The notes under the pieces were generated by a model. It was given only the letters and a program-made list of their open reading frames with translations. It was not told the origin of the DNA and made no database searches. Below, one piece after another: positions 1 to 19,284 of a stretch of 64,000 bases of DNA. The stretch lies in assembly GCF_009914755.1 (NCBI RefSeq), contig NC_060940.1, one strand, 5' to 3'. Origin of the DNA: the human T2T-CHM13v2.0 reference genome, Homo sapiens. The number at the start of each line of letters is the position of its first letter. Within the stretch, counting starts at the first letter, position 1. The translations under genes and the position numbers were made by a program.

Positions 1-381
1 TTAAATCAATTGTAGCACAGCCACTCAATGGAAAACCATGTAGTTACTAGAGACTAAGGTAACCCACCCATGCATAATAATCCCATTAATTATAGTATAT
101 ACTTTAGTATATATGATTTGCTATATGGTGTTAATATTACACAACACATTCATGAATAATAGAAATTGTTATATTTCTCAAACAATGCTATTAATTTTGA
201 TTAAACTGTATTACCTACCAAGAGCCATTGAATTAACACATCATACATTAATTCATGAAAACTCAAAGTGCAGAGAACAGTAAATCAGTCCGTTTGTGTG
301 GAAATCAAAGGGCATGTTTGAATCTATAAATATGAGCGTGCACATTAAACTGTCAGGTGCCTTGGGGCTGACTTAGCCGAC

Positions 382-465
382 AAGTCAGCAGGTCTGGGCG
401 GGAGAGAAGTTGCATTTCTCACAAAATCCCAGGTGCTGCTGCTGGTCTTGGGACCAGGGACACAT
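382..465 (+). mobile_element. MER5A-like hAT fragment
   Basis: CAGCAGGTCTGGG...TGCATTTCTCACAAAATCCCAGGTGCTGCTGCTGGTC resembles the MER5A 3' half. Confidence 0.65.
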
Positions 466-526
466 CCAGGCTAAACAGGTAAACTGGGGGAAGAAGAAAC
501 TTTCGGCTTTGTTTGTTTGTTTTTAT

Positions 527-634
527 TTTTTTCTTTTCTTTGAGACAAGGTCTCCCTCTGTCGCTCAGGCTGGTGTGCAGCGGCGCGATCTCGGCTCACT
601 GCAGCCCCGATCTCCTGGGCTCAAGCGATCCTTC
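527..634 (-). mobile_element. Alu right-arm fragment
   Basis: Poly-T followed by GAGACAAGGTCTCCCTCTGTCGCTCAGGCTGG... Confidence 0.85.
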
Positions 635-796
635 AGCCCGGGCCAAAGCGCGGAGCTTCCAGAAGCTTTTATTTTCTAAATCTCACGCCTCCATTCAGCA
701 ACCCTGGCTGGGCGTGGGCTCCCTGCAAGGCGGCGGTGGACGGCCCGCAGTCGGGCCGATAAGGAAACCTGCTACCATTCCTTGGCTTCCTGGGTG

Positions 797-890
797 CCTC
801 ACTCTAGAGGGGGAAACTGAGACTCCGAGTCGAGCCGTCCCGAAGCGCTACATCGCTGGCGGGGCTGGGATTCGAACCCGACTTCTGAGA
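797..890 (-). mobile_element. MIR with intact B-box
   Basis: Minus strand reads GGGTTCGAATCCCAGCCCCGCCA...CTCAGTTTCCCCCTCT (MIR B-box plus core). Confidence 0.65.
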
Positions 891-1155
891 TACAGGCCGG
901 TGCCCCGCCCGCGGGACCTGCGGGACCCTCGGGACACCGCTCCAGCCGCGCCCCGACTCCAGAGGTTCTCCAGCCCACTGCAGACGACAGAATCGCCCGC
1001 GGGTCCCCGAGCCCCCGAGCCCGCCGGGGCGCGCCCGTTGAAGCCCCGCCCCGCCGGCCGCAGCAGGGAGGGGGACGGTGCGAGCTCGTGCTCGCTGGGC
1101 GGGCGCACGGGAGCGGCGCCAGGATAGAGGTTCGCGAGACCGCCATCGCAACGCA

Positions 1156-1227
1156 GGCGCGGTGGCCAAGTGGTAAGGCGTCGGTCTCGTAAACCGAAGA
1201 TCACGGGTTCGAACCCCGTCCGTGCCT
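1156..1227 (+). tRNA. TRT-CGT2-1: tRNA-Thr, anticodon CGT, intronless
   Basis: 72-nt cloverleaf: acceptor stem GGCGCGG/CCGTGCC, A-box TGGCCAAGTGG, anticodon arm TCGGT-CT-CGT-AA-ACCGA (CGT at 1188-1190), B-box GGTTCGAACCC. Locus number recalled from memory. Confidence 0.97.
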
Positions 1228-1258
1228 GATATCCAACCTTCGGCTATAGGGTGGAGAC

Positions 1259-1263
1259 TTTTT
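1259..1263 (+). terminator. Pol III terminator (T5) of the tRNA gene
   Basis: First run of 4 or more T downstream of the tRNA, after a 31-nt trailer. Confidence 0.85.
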
Positions 1264-2256
1264 AGGAGTGGTCGACTCTTGCCGTACTCTGCGAGTAGAT
1301 CCTTCCCCCTGGACTGCAGACCCAGCCAACTGTTTTTCTTCAAGGGTTTGGGTTCAAGCTCCCATCCTTCCCTCGCAGAAGGTGGAAGTCTGGGTGGTCC
1401 AGCCTCGGCGAGTAAGGTCCGCAAATTTGGCCGGCCCCGGCGATCGGCTCCCTACACACAGCTACCCCTGGGGCGCTTCATCCCCTGGGAGAAGATGGAG
1501 GGCTCTGGGGGTGGGGCGGGGCTCGCAAACTCAAAGGGTCCCCTGCAGATCATAGCCTCAGGGAAGCCCCAACACCCTTGGGGCAAGGAGACCTGCAGCT
1601 GCTGGAGTTTGGCTTAAGGGCCCATCCACATTCTTCTGCACAGGAAAATCCAATTTTATCCGCTCTAACAAAAGCCCTGCCGTTGCCTGATACAGAGCCC
1701 ACACCCAGAGTCAGCTGGTGTCTGTCTGGCTTGCTATTTTTGAAAGGAAATCCACTGTAGGCATTGCATTCGAAAGAGAAGCAGCCCTGTCCAGGCTTGG
1801 AGCAATTCTGACACGCAAATCTGAAACCTCCGGCTCTGAGCCTCCGCTTGCCCCTCTGTAAAATGGGCGCTTGTGAAGCAGCTGCCAGGAGAGGCTGCTG
1901 TGGAGGCGGCCTACGTAGACGGAGCTCCAGTCAGATCGCACAGGTTTTCTTTGCATCACGAAGGATGCACCAAAGGGCTGCTGGAATGCCTTTGAAGACG
2001 TCATGCAATGACCCCAACCTCCAGGACCGCCACATCGTGCACTCTGAAAACCAGCTTGAGCGAATTTGGGGAAGGCTGTATCAGTCTGAGATTCCTAACT
2101 GGAGGAGGCATTCGTGGAGCACCTCGTGTGTGCCTGGTGGAACTGGATTCTGGGCGTCCCTCGGTGAACTGGCTAGGCCAGAACGGGCTCTCGGGAGGTG
2201 ACAGGGAGAGAGGGAGGGAGCAGGAGCTCCCGGGGGTAAGTGTCCCCCTTCTACAG

Positions 2257-2435
2257 CAGGGGTTCCACACTTGTGAGCGTGGATCAGCCTCCCCTAGAGG
2301 GCTTGTGAAACGCAGATTGCTGGGCCCCAGCCCAGGGCTTCCGCATTCAGCAGCTCAAGGCTGGGCCCAGGTCATTTGCATTTCTAACGAGCTCCCAGGA
2401 GAAGCTGATGTTGGACCGCACCTCGAGGACCACTG
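2257..2435 (+). mobile_element. MER5A (hAT-Charlie), near full length
   Basis: CAGGGGTTCC...GGGCTTGTGAAACGCAGATTGCTGGGCCCC...TTTGCATTTCTAAC...GGACCACTG, with terminal inverted repeats. Confidence 0.85.
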
Positions 2436-2455
2436 TTCAAACGAAAGCCATATTC

Positions 2456-2481
2456 TTTTTTTCCTTTTTCTTTTCTTTCTT

Positions 2482-2525
<44 letters not shown>

Positions 2526-2807
2526 AGACGAGTTTGGCTCAGTTACCCAGGCTGGAGTGCAGTGGCATGATCTTGGCTCACTCCGAGATCTCCGCCTCCC
2601 GGGTTCAAGCAATCCTCCTGCCTCAGCCTTCCGAGTAGCTGGGATTACAGGCGTGCGCCACCACACCCGGCTAATTTTTGTATTTTTAGTAGAGACAGGG
2701 CTTCACCATGTTGGCCAGGCTGGTCTCAAACTCCTGACCTCAAGTGATCCACCCACCTGGGCTTCACAAAGTGCTGGGTTTACAGGCGTGAGCCCCCATA
2801 CTCGGCC
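2456..2807 (-). mobile_element. Alu (S-like) with ~40-nt pure poly-T
   Basis: Full dimeric Alu in reverse complement. Confidence 0.95.
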
Positions 2808-2946
2808 ACGACAGCCATATTCTAAACCCAGGAAGGAGCCTGTGCATAGGCATGTATATAAATAGGTAAGTTAATGATATAAAAATAGAAAATACCAGTG
2901 CTTCTTACACTTCCACTTGGGGAAATCTTGCTAAGAAGCAGGTTGT

Positions 2947-3032
2947 GACTCAGTAGGTCTGGAGTGGGGCCTGAGACGCTGCATTTCTAAGAAGTGTCTT
3001 GGGGTGATGCTGGTGCTGCTGGTCTCCAGGAG
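2947..3032 (+). mobile_element. MER5A fragment
   Basis: TCAGTAGGTCTGGAGTGGGGCCTGAGACGCTGCATTTCTAA...GGTGATGCTGGTGCTGCTGGTC. Confidence 0.75.
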
Positions 3033-3273
3033 CGGTACACAAGGGGTGGAAGGGTACACGCCAAAATAGCATCATCCCCTGGGAGGGAAGTAGACTAGGA
3101 AAGCTGTTGAAAGGGCTCCTTCACTTCTTACCAGGTAAACGTGTGCTCTACATTGCTTGGGTTTTCTTCAAGATGATTTCTTTGTACTACATATGCAATT
3201 TTTTTCCAGAATCACCCTGTCCCTCAAAACCCCTACCCAAACACAAAAACCTTTTGGGACACAGGCAAATTAG

Positions 3274-4020
<747 letters not shown>

Positions 4021-5554
4021 CACGGCTCTTGGGCAGGTAGGCCAATATCTTTGAATAGCATGGAATTGTCCACCCAGATTTCCTGTCCTTGTCTTTCTGT
4101 CCCCATCCACAGAGTAGACCAGCACTCCTTCTCTGTGACATCACCCAGGGAGACAGCCCATTCTCATCCATCTCCACCATAGCCTGTCTGTATCAGGTGG
4201 AGAATGTATTAGAAAAACACAATTTACAATACTGTAGATACCATTTATGCAAAAAAGTGTGCACAAAATGACTAAGGATATATATATATATTTGTGTATG
4301 AAGAAGTGCTTGCTGTTTTGTTTTGTTTTTTATTTTCAAGCCTGAAAGATGACACATAGGTCTCAAAACTGTAACTTCTGCTTGAAATCTGGGGTGCCAG
4401 AGCTGCAAAAGCACTTTGGCACGTGCTGCAGTATCGGAAACTAGTGAGCTAAATCCTTGAAGCAGGTTCTGTTTAGACTGAAACGGGCGAAGCTGATCAT
4501 GTTTCTGAATAAGCAAGACGTGTTGTGTTCATTTAAACCACTTGTGTTCATGAATCTATAAAGCCATGTTTGGATTTCTATAACTTCTGTATGAATTTCA
4601 TGTGTGAAAGTCACCTTGAAGTCAACTCTTTGTTCTTGCAGATTCAATCCCTCGTCTCTGTTGGAAGTGTAAAAGGAAGATAAGAAGGGCTCTGATGCTG
4701 GGGTTGGGGAGGAAAGAGAGGCAGGTAAGACAGAGCCTAGAGAGACGTTTAGGGATCCCAGCACGCAAAATGACCATGCAGGAGGGAAGAGGTAGATTTG
4801 CATAAGGAGCCCGTGGCTTTCTGGGAAAGAAGGAATTAAACTCTTCCAACCCACCTTCCTGTTATTCACAGTTAATTAGTGGCAGAATAGGGTTTAACAG
4901 AACTTTTCATTTATTTATTTTGTAGAGATTCAGTCTTGCTCTGTTGCCCAGACTGGAGTGCAGTAGCACAATCATAGCTCACTGGAGCCTCAAACTCCTG
5001 GGTTCAAACGATCCTCCTGCCTCAGCTTTCCAAGTAGCTGTGCCTACAGGTGTGTACCACCACGCCCAACCTAACAGGACTTCTGAAGCAACAGAAGGGA
5101 AGCCAGGTTCCTGTGAGGATCCTAGCTTTAGCAAGGAGGGGCAGTTTGTCAACAGAGGCTGTGCAGGAGCAAGTTCAACAGTGACACCTTGTGGAGGCAT
5201 GAAGCAAGAGCAGTGCTAGACTCTGCTCTGCCCCTACATCTCTTGGGAACTGGTGGGAGCCTCAGACTAGCCACTTTAACGGCTCCGTGCCTCAGTTTCT
5301 CCCGTTGTAAATTCGGAATGACACACATTCACTCGCTTCCTCTGTCATGGAGTTCTTCTGATGACAACATTTTAAACATCCGCCAGCCAGGACGGTTCAG
5401 TAAATGCTGACCCATCCATGTCATGATATGGTAGGAAGCCATTTAAAGGAATGATTGATGGATTGATCTGACATGATAATGAATATAGTTAAGTGAGAAA
5501 AGTTGATAGTCTGGTTTTTCTGGTTTTTTGTTTTGTTTTGTTTTAAAGGTGTCT

Positions 5555-6100
<546 letters not shown>

Positions 6101-7059
6101 ATAATTAATTTTTAGTATCTCGTTTTTGCAAAGATAAATACACATTTATCATTACGTATATGTGTATATGTGTGTTGGTTTTGGTTTCTTGGAATGTAGA
6201 GAAAGTCCATACCCCTGCGAAGGCTTCGCCACACCTCATGCTGTTGATAATATCTCCAGGTGGGGTGAGAGATGGAGAGGAAATTGCAGAGAAAATTCCA
6301 AGTTTTTTCCTGATATCATGGCCTTGGCAAAGAGAGGCTCTATGGCTTTTGGATTCACTATTTTTGCAGCAAAACGTACAAAGTTAACAGAAAAAAGAGA
6401 AAATATAAAGAGTAATCGGATCTCTGGGCTCTGGGGAGCAGAAGCGTTAACACGGAGTGGCCACTTACACGGAGACGATGCTAAGTTCCCAGTGCAAAAG
6501 CCCTGTCCTGTCATCACGCTGACCCTCTCCAAGGGGAGGCCTCCAGTCCCCCCTGCCCTGTCAGGTTTCCCATATGGGCTGACATCATGTGCTTAGGAAA
6601 CCTACATTCAAGAATTAAAAATGGAACTCTTAATAAGGGAGCGGGTGGTTTGTAGACGTACATGGGCTGAGAACCACATTTCAAAACCAGAAGTGTATTT
6701 CAGGCGTGAGTAGCACTTAAAAGAAAATATTGTGGCAGGCCCCTGGAAGCAGCAGACGTTGTTTATATCACATCAACTTGAGTTTTGCTGAGCAAATCAC
6801 CAGGCTGGCGCACAACGAACGTTTCCCACCATTCCGGGGTTTTTTTTTTTGCTTCCACTCTGCCCTTCTAATTCAGGTGAGCAAGCTGATTTTTACTTGC
6901 TGTAGGTAAAAAAGAACCCCCAAACTTAGGCCTTGCTAAATGCAAAACCTGTAGCAATTCTCAAAACACGCAAATAACAAGCCCTTCATCTTCCTTTGAG
7001 AAGTATGGTAAATAGACTCTAGGATGCCCCCCAAAGTTATCCCTGTCTTCTAAGAATCA

Positions 7060-7165
7060 TGCCTGTCCCCTATTCCTTGGACAGTGATATGAGCAAGAAA
7101 TAAACATGTATTGTGCTAAGCCACTGAAAGACTGGGGTTGTCTGTAACAGCAGCTAGCATACCCC
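7060..7165 (+). mobile_element. MLT1 (MaLR) LTR 3' fragment
   Basis: AAATAAACATGTATTGTGCTAAGCCACTGAAAGACTGGGGTTGTCTGTAACAGCAGC. Confidence 0.7.
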
Positions 7166-7204
7166 AACAACAGATATACCACTATTTGGCCCCTGTGGGA
7201 ACAC

Positions 7205-7402
7205 AGGCTCTCTGCTGCCAAATCTTTTGGATCATCCATTTTTTTTAGAAGCGGCCAGAAATCTGGATTTTTAAAATATGAAATTTCCTGATTTAAAAAT
7301 GTTGGCCACTAAGTCAAATTTATTATTTTAAATGCTCCACAGGCCAAATGAAACACATCTGTGGGCTCAACTTGGCCTGCAGGCTGCCAAGTGCAACCTC
7401 TG
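7205..7402 (+). mobile_element. MER103-like hAT element
   Basis: AAATGTTGGCCACTAAGTCAAATT...GGCCAAATGAAACACATCTGTGGGC...GCAACCTCTG. Confidence 0.65.
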
Positions 7403-7560
7403 GTCAAAACACTTCAAATGCAGCAGCATTTATTTTTAAGTTGGTATTGGTCTGAGAGTTGGTGCCGCAACCCTAGTCATGTGAGTTCCAGAGAAAAGTT
7501 CTATGCCGATAGGGAAGTTGATCAATTCTTTCATTTCCACTTGGGTTAGAATTACGTTAG

Positions 7561-10254
<2,694 letters not shown>

Positions 10255-10637
10255 TCAGCTTCCCAGCATCCTTCTAGCAGTTTCTGGACTGAGAAGCCTG
10301 GGCAAGTGACTGCACTGCTGTGGCCTCAGTTTCCTCATCTGTCAAATAGGAATAAATGACAGTTCCTGCTTTGTAGAGTTGCTTTGATGGGGAAGTGGTC
10401 TCAGGTGTAGAAAATGCCAAGCACAGAGTCAGGACATGATAAAAGCTTGGCACTATCATAGGCTCTGCCCCGAAGGCCAACACAGAGCAGAAGCATCTAC
10501 AGCTCTGACTTTCCCTGTGTTTTTCATTCCACAAAGAAAAGTAAAGCTGAGGTCCACAGGACCTGGAATTTTATTTTATTCTATTATTATTATTATTATC
10601 TTTCTTATTTTAAGGAACTAGTGACTCTGTATATCTG

Positions 10638-11558
<921 letters not shown>

Positions 11559-11889
11559 TCTGGAATATCTGTATAAGGCCCTGGATAGCTTTAAGGACGG
11601 GTAGGCAGCTCTTGTCATCTGACATCTCAGCTCCGAGGGCCTGCGCCACAGAAGGTTGGTTTTACTTCACCGCCCTTGACCCAAATTTCTGCTGTTAATT
11701 GCAGAGGGGCAAATACCATCAAGGCAGGCGGGCAAGGGCACAATGGAAGGCCTTCCAGCCGCCCCCTGTCAAGGGTCCGAGGCTGAGGTGGGTGAAGACA
11801 CTTCTGGTTTCTAGGTAGTTTTACATCTATCTTGTAAGAGCCACTTGACCTGAAATCTTGTATTCAAAACGATTTTTAGACTAGATTCC

Positions 11890-12540
<651 letters not shown>

Positions 12541-12630
12541 TAGATTCGTTTCTTAACGTTCTCTCCAGAAGGTATCATAGGGTGGGCACAGCCTCCTTCT
12601 GATGGGGTTGAATGAGAAAGTCAGCCATCA

Positions 12631-13061
<431 letters not shown>

Positions 13062-13119
13062 CTATGGACTTGTGTGTCTGTTTTTAACAAGCCTACATTT
13101 GTTCAATCCAAGCATTTAA

Positions 13120-13607
<488 letters not shown>

Positions 13608-14342
13608 TCAGGAGGTGGCAGTAACTGGGCGCTGGTACCCTCCTGTCCTCCTTCCCCAGGCCCCAAGGAAAGCGCCCACAGGCGGGCAGGGCAAAGCCTG
13701 CGCCCACCCTCTCTGTGCGGGCCTGGGAGCCCAGAGTCCAAGACTTTCCCAGAGGCTGAGCACGGCTGCGGCCCTCCAGGGCTCCTTCTGCCTGGCGTGG
13801 CCGCTCCCTAGTTCTGGCTGGGGCCTTGGCATCGCCCTGGGGCTAGAAACCTGGATGCAGGTGGGGCTCCTTCCTGGGAGAAGGCCAGGGTGGGCCTCTG
13901 GGGCTTCCGGACCAAGAGCGGGCTGTTTTCCGGAGTCTGGCGGCGCTTCCACTGCTGAACTGGATTTCAGGCCGCCACTCGCTTGAGTCACGGGGAAGCC
14001 AAGCCAGGCCTGGCAAGGGCAGGCCTCAGAAGGATCCAGGGGGCATCTCTGAAGGGGATTTCAATTGCAAGATAAAGGTCGGGCCCTGGCTGCCTTTGGT
14101 GGCCTGGTTTTTCCTTCTGCACCTGATCCAGGTGTCCCAGAGCCCAGGCAGGGCCTGAACTGGAGAGATGAGGTGAGCTTCCAAAATCTTGTGGCTCAGG
14201 GCACAGATGTGGGTGGGGGCAGCACCTGGAGGCCCCCAAGGCAGCACTGCTGCAGCTATTTTAGTTCCCCAGAGGGGCCGGGCCTTTGCACATGCGGTGC
14301 CTGCTGCCCCGACTCGATCCCTCCCACCAGCCCTGTGTATTC

Positions 14343-16090
<1,748 letters not shown>

Positions 16091-17183
16091 AAGAGGATGG
16101 AGAGGGCAGGGACACCACAGGCAGAAGGAGAGGAGGCCAGCTCGCTCCCCTTGGCTGGGGTCCCTGGGACCTCCTCTGTGGCATCAGGACTGCCCGCTAA
16201 GTTGGGTGGTGTGTTTTATGAGTGTGACCTGTGTTGGCCAACAGAGGACAGCAAAACACATTTTTTATGATCCTGGGAGGTTCAGGCCAGTCACGTTTTC
16301 GCGCAGAGAGGCTGGGCGGTGGAGAGGGACAAGTCATGTCTCAGTTATGTGGATTCTCTTTGCGAAAGAGGGGCCACTTCTGCAATGGATTTGGGGGTCC
16401 CTGGGCAGGGGTGTGGGGGTGGGGGAAGATTTTAGGAAGGGGATGAGCTGCTGGCGGGGGCATCTCCCTTACTGCGGGAAATGAAAAGTATTACAGCTAT
16501 GGCTGGTGAGAGTGTCAGCACCAGAGGCCAGATCTTTGCCAGGTGGAGGGGACACCCTTGTGCCCTACCCCCAAGTTCCAGCACCTCTCCAAGAGCCCTT
16601 AGCCCCGGAAGCAGCAACAAAGTGACATTGGACTGGGGAGGAGGAAGCACAACTTTATTTTCTGGCCCGAAGCTGGGTTGGTATTTGGGGGAGTTCTTGG
16701 GAACACAGTGTGTCTGTGCAATTTCAACCCTGGGGGATCCAGGGGACTCCAGCCATTCCAGAGGAGGTGAGAGACCGTCATGGGGTGGGTGTAAGAGGCT
16801 TGGGGAACCCGCCTGATGCTGCTCCTACTTTTACTGTTTGTTCACGGGGGTTGTGTGTGTTTGTGCGGCGGGGGAAGCGGGGGGTGCTGAAAATTGGGGG
16901 AAGGGCCAAAAGCGCCAGCTGGCATTGGCACTGGGTGTTCCCGAAAGAGGGGGACAGACCGGGTCTGAATCTTCAGTGGATGCGCCCCTAGCTCCCGGAT
17001 ACCTCAAGCGCCTTTGGAGGACTCCAGCACGCCCCTCGGGAGGGAAGCCCGGCCTCGGTTCCGTCTGTGGGCTGCGGTGGTACTGGAAGTGGGGACTCTT
17101 TCCCCCTCCTCCGTGCCCCCTGTTTGAAGCACCCCGGGCTCTGCCCCCCGCCCCCAGGGTCGAGGCTGACGTCGCCGCCGCAT

Positions 17184-17234
17184 TTCTAGGAATGCCCCTA
17201 TCCGCTGACTATATTTGGCGAGCGTTTCTAGGAA
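17184..17234. promoter_or_regulatory. two GAS (STAT5)/BCL6 sites flanking a CArG/MEF2-like element
   Basis: TTCTAGGAA at 17184-17192 and 17226-17234; CTATATTTGG at 17209-17218. Confidence 0.6.
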
Positions 17235-17238
17235 GGCG

Positions 17239-17297
17239 CCCCCCCACCCCGGCCCCCGCCCCCACCCCCACCCCCACCCCCACCCCCACCCCCACCC
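17239..17297 (-). repeat. (CCCCCA)n repeat; G-quadruplex/i-motif potential
   Basis: About nine runs of C3-C8, mostly CCCCCA units. Confidence 0.8.
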
Positions 17298-17768
17298 GGG
17301 CGGGCGCGCTAGGCTTCCAGGCTCTCGCCCTCTCTGCCTGGCCGGGGAGGAGCCGCCCCGCCGCCTGGGCCGCTGCCGCCGCCGCCTCCCCAGCGCGGCC
17401 AACCCCGGGCCGGCCCAGCCCCCGCCCCGGGCCGGCCATAGGGCGCTGGGGGGTTGGGGGGGGCGGGGGCGCGGCTTTGTGGCGGCAGCGGACCGTGGAG
17501 GCCGGGTGCAGCCCCGTCGGCTGCGCGCTCTCTGCAGAAAAGGATTTTCTACGCTCCCCGCCCATCACTTGGATCTCGTCTGGGGAGGGGCGGATTTTTT
17601 TTCTGGAAGTACCCTTCTTCTCCACGGTGGAGGATTTAAGGCTGGGCTCCAATCGAGGCGGAGGCTGCAGGGCCCGCGGGGCGCCCCCCGCCCGGCGCAC
17701 GCCTGCCCGGAGCCCGGGAAGGCGCAGCCCTGGGTGGGGGGGCCCGTGCACCCCCGGAGGCGGCAGCG

Positions 17769-17777
17769 GCGGTGAGT
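17769..17777 (+). other. 5' splice donor of putative host exon 1
   Basis: GCG|GTGAGT, a near-consensus donor inside the CpG island. Confidence 0.65.
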
Positions 17778-19201
17778 GCTCCCCTTCTTCCCGCCTGGCA
17801 CCTTCCGCCAGCCAGGGCAGGGATCGCGGCAGGTGGGTGCCCAAGCCCCCAGGGCCGAAGGGGTGTGGGGCGGCTGTCTGCGGGGTGGATGGGAACGGGA
17901 GAGGGGAGGTGGCGGCGGGGGAGCGCGCGGTTCTCTCGGGACTCGGCGCGAGACGCTTGTCTGGGCTGCGATTGCCGCCGCTGCCGCCACCCCGGCTCCC
18001 CCTCGGACCCCTCCCCCGCTCCCCAGAGGGGCGTGTGAAGCCGGGAGGTAGGAAGGGGGCGAGGCCGCCCCCAGCCTCCCTAGTGCCTGGGCTTGGAAAT
18101 TGACGAGGCGGTGGAGCGTCCGCGTCCCCGCCCCCACCCCGGAAAGCCCGCTCGGGAAACTGACTCGCTGCGTGACCCCGATCTCAATGCCGCGCGCGGA
18201 GCAGGCCGGCCGCGCCCGCCGCTCCACGTGCGCCCGAGCCCCGCTGGCATGGGCGGCGGCGCCTGCGGGGGCCGGGCCCCGGGGATCCCGGACTAGCCGG
18301 GAACCACCGTCCCCAGAGAGTTACCGCCGCCCCCTAAAGTTGTCAGCTCCCTCCCCCCGAGAAGCAGGCAGCCCTGGCGCGTTGGCTTTAGCTTCTGCAG
18401 GACGGGGGCAAAAAAACTAGGTTCCGGGGTGCGGAGCGGGGTGTCTGTGCCCGAGACAACACCAAGTTAGGAAAAAGAAGTTAGAAAAAAAAAGAAAAAG
18501 GCATTTTGATTTGGGGGTGGGGGGAGTGGCGTTTCTGGTTTCTCTTTGCTTCCAATCCCCACCAAGCGGAGCGTTGGAATGCGCCGCTTATGTCCTCTGA
18601 GGACACATCCATATTTATAATTTATTTTTAGGAGAAGTTGTGAAAAAGGGAGGGGGGTTAAAATGAGGAGAAAAGGTGCGTGGGGGAGTGGCCTTTCCAG
18701 AACCTAGAGGCTAATTAAGCTATTAAAATGGAAATCATTTCCCCCAACTTGGGCGCGCAGCAAATTTGACTTTAATGAGAGACGATTAAGGACACAAATA
18801 ACCAAACTTTATTTAGCTGGAGATGGGGTGGGGGGAACTGTACGAGGCACCTCGGACACCCGATTTATCCGCTGCTAAGGGACGTTTGGGGCACCCCTCG
18901 TGTTGTCCGGGAAGCTTTTAGGCCTGTTTGCTGGGCGAGATTGGTGATTGCTCCGGGAGGGAAGAGACACCCCGGGATCAAGCGATCCTCTTGCCCTCAG
19001 CCATGGTGTGGCAAATGTCCCCTCCTCCCACAGCGACCCCCTGGCATTTTGGTGAGATGAACCGCCGCCCTGAGGGAACACCCAGTAACGATTCCTTCAG
19101 TGATCCCGGTTCTCCAAACTCTTGCCTCAAAGGCGGCCTGCCCCGGTGCTGTCAGCCGTGAATGGGGACTCACTTCTTGGGAAAAGAGGCTTTTGGAGGC
19201 T

Positions 19202-19284
19202 GTGGTCTCAGAATCGGGGTTTTGAGGGCGAGATGAGTTTATGTTTTATCCAACTGGCCCTCAAAGTCCCGCTTTTGGGGTCAT
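19202..19284 (+). ncRNA. MIR193B: pre-miR-193b hairpin (5p 19215-19236; 3p 19252-19273)
   Basis: Contains mature AACTGGCCCTCAAAGTCCCGCT and CGGGGTTTTGAGGGCGAGATGA, and the arms pair. Basal UG at -14 (19201-19202) and CNNC (CAGC, 19291-19294). Confidence 0.98.

Larger units (their letters stand above)
560..1460. promoter_or_regulatory. CpG island around the tRNA gene
   Basis: High GC and dense CpG. Repeat fragments inside it (Alu, MIR) retain their CpGs. Confidence 0.85.
16950..18450 (+). promoter_or_regulatory. CpG island, likely promoter of the miR-193b/365a host gene
   Basis: Very GC/CpG-rich with many GC boxes, CRE-like TGACGTC (17167-17173), two TTCTAGGAA sites and a 5' splice site. Lies ~1.5 kb upstream of mir-193b. 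Confidence 0.88.

Noticed and set aside
850-890. Possible second tRNA on the minus strand (GGGTTCGAATCCC...GCCA)
   Set aside because: No D arm, anticodon arm or acceptor stem; it continues into a MIR core.
1130-1139. BANP/ZBTB33-like GTTCGCGAGA upstream of the tRNA
   Set aside because: Two mismatches to TCTCGCGAGA in a CpG-rich context.
410-1617. 100-200 aa ORFs around the tRNA
   Set aside because: GC-rich artefacts overlapping the tRNA, Alu and MIR; no recognisable domain.
16838-18103. 421-aa ORF and overlapping ORFs in the promoter island
   Set aside because: Non-ATG start and low-complexity Pro/Gly/Ala/Arg content. Stops are scarce in all frames because of high GC, and PT repeats come from (CCCCCA)n.
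18632-18675. Possible 44-nt micro-exon (TTTTTAG|...AAG|GTGCGT)
   Set aside because: Motif-only evidence with an AT-rich tract; too weak without reads.
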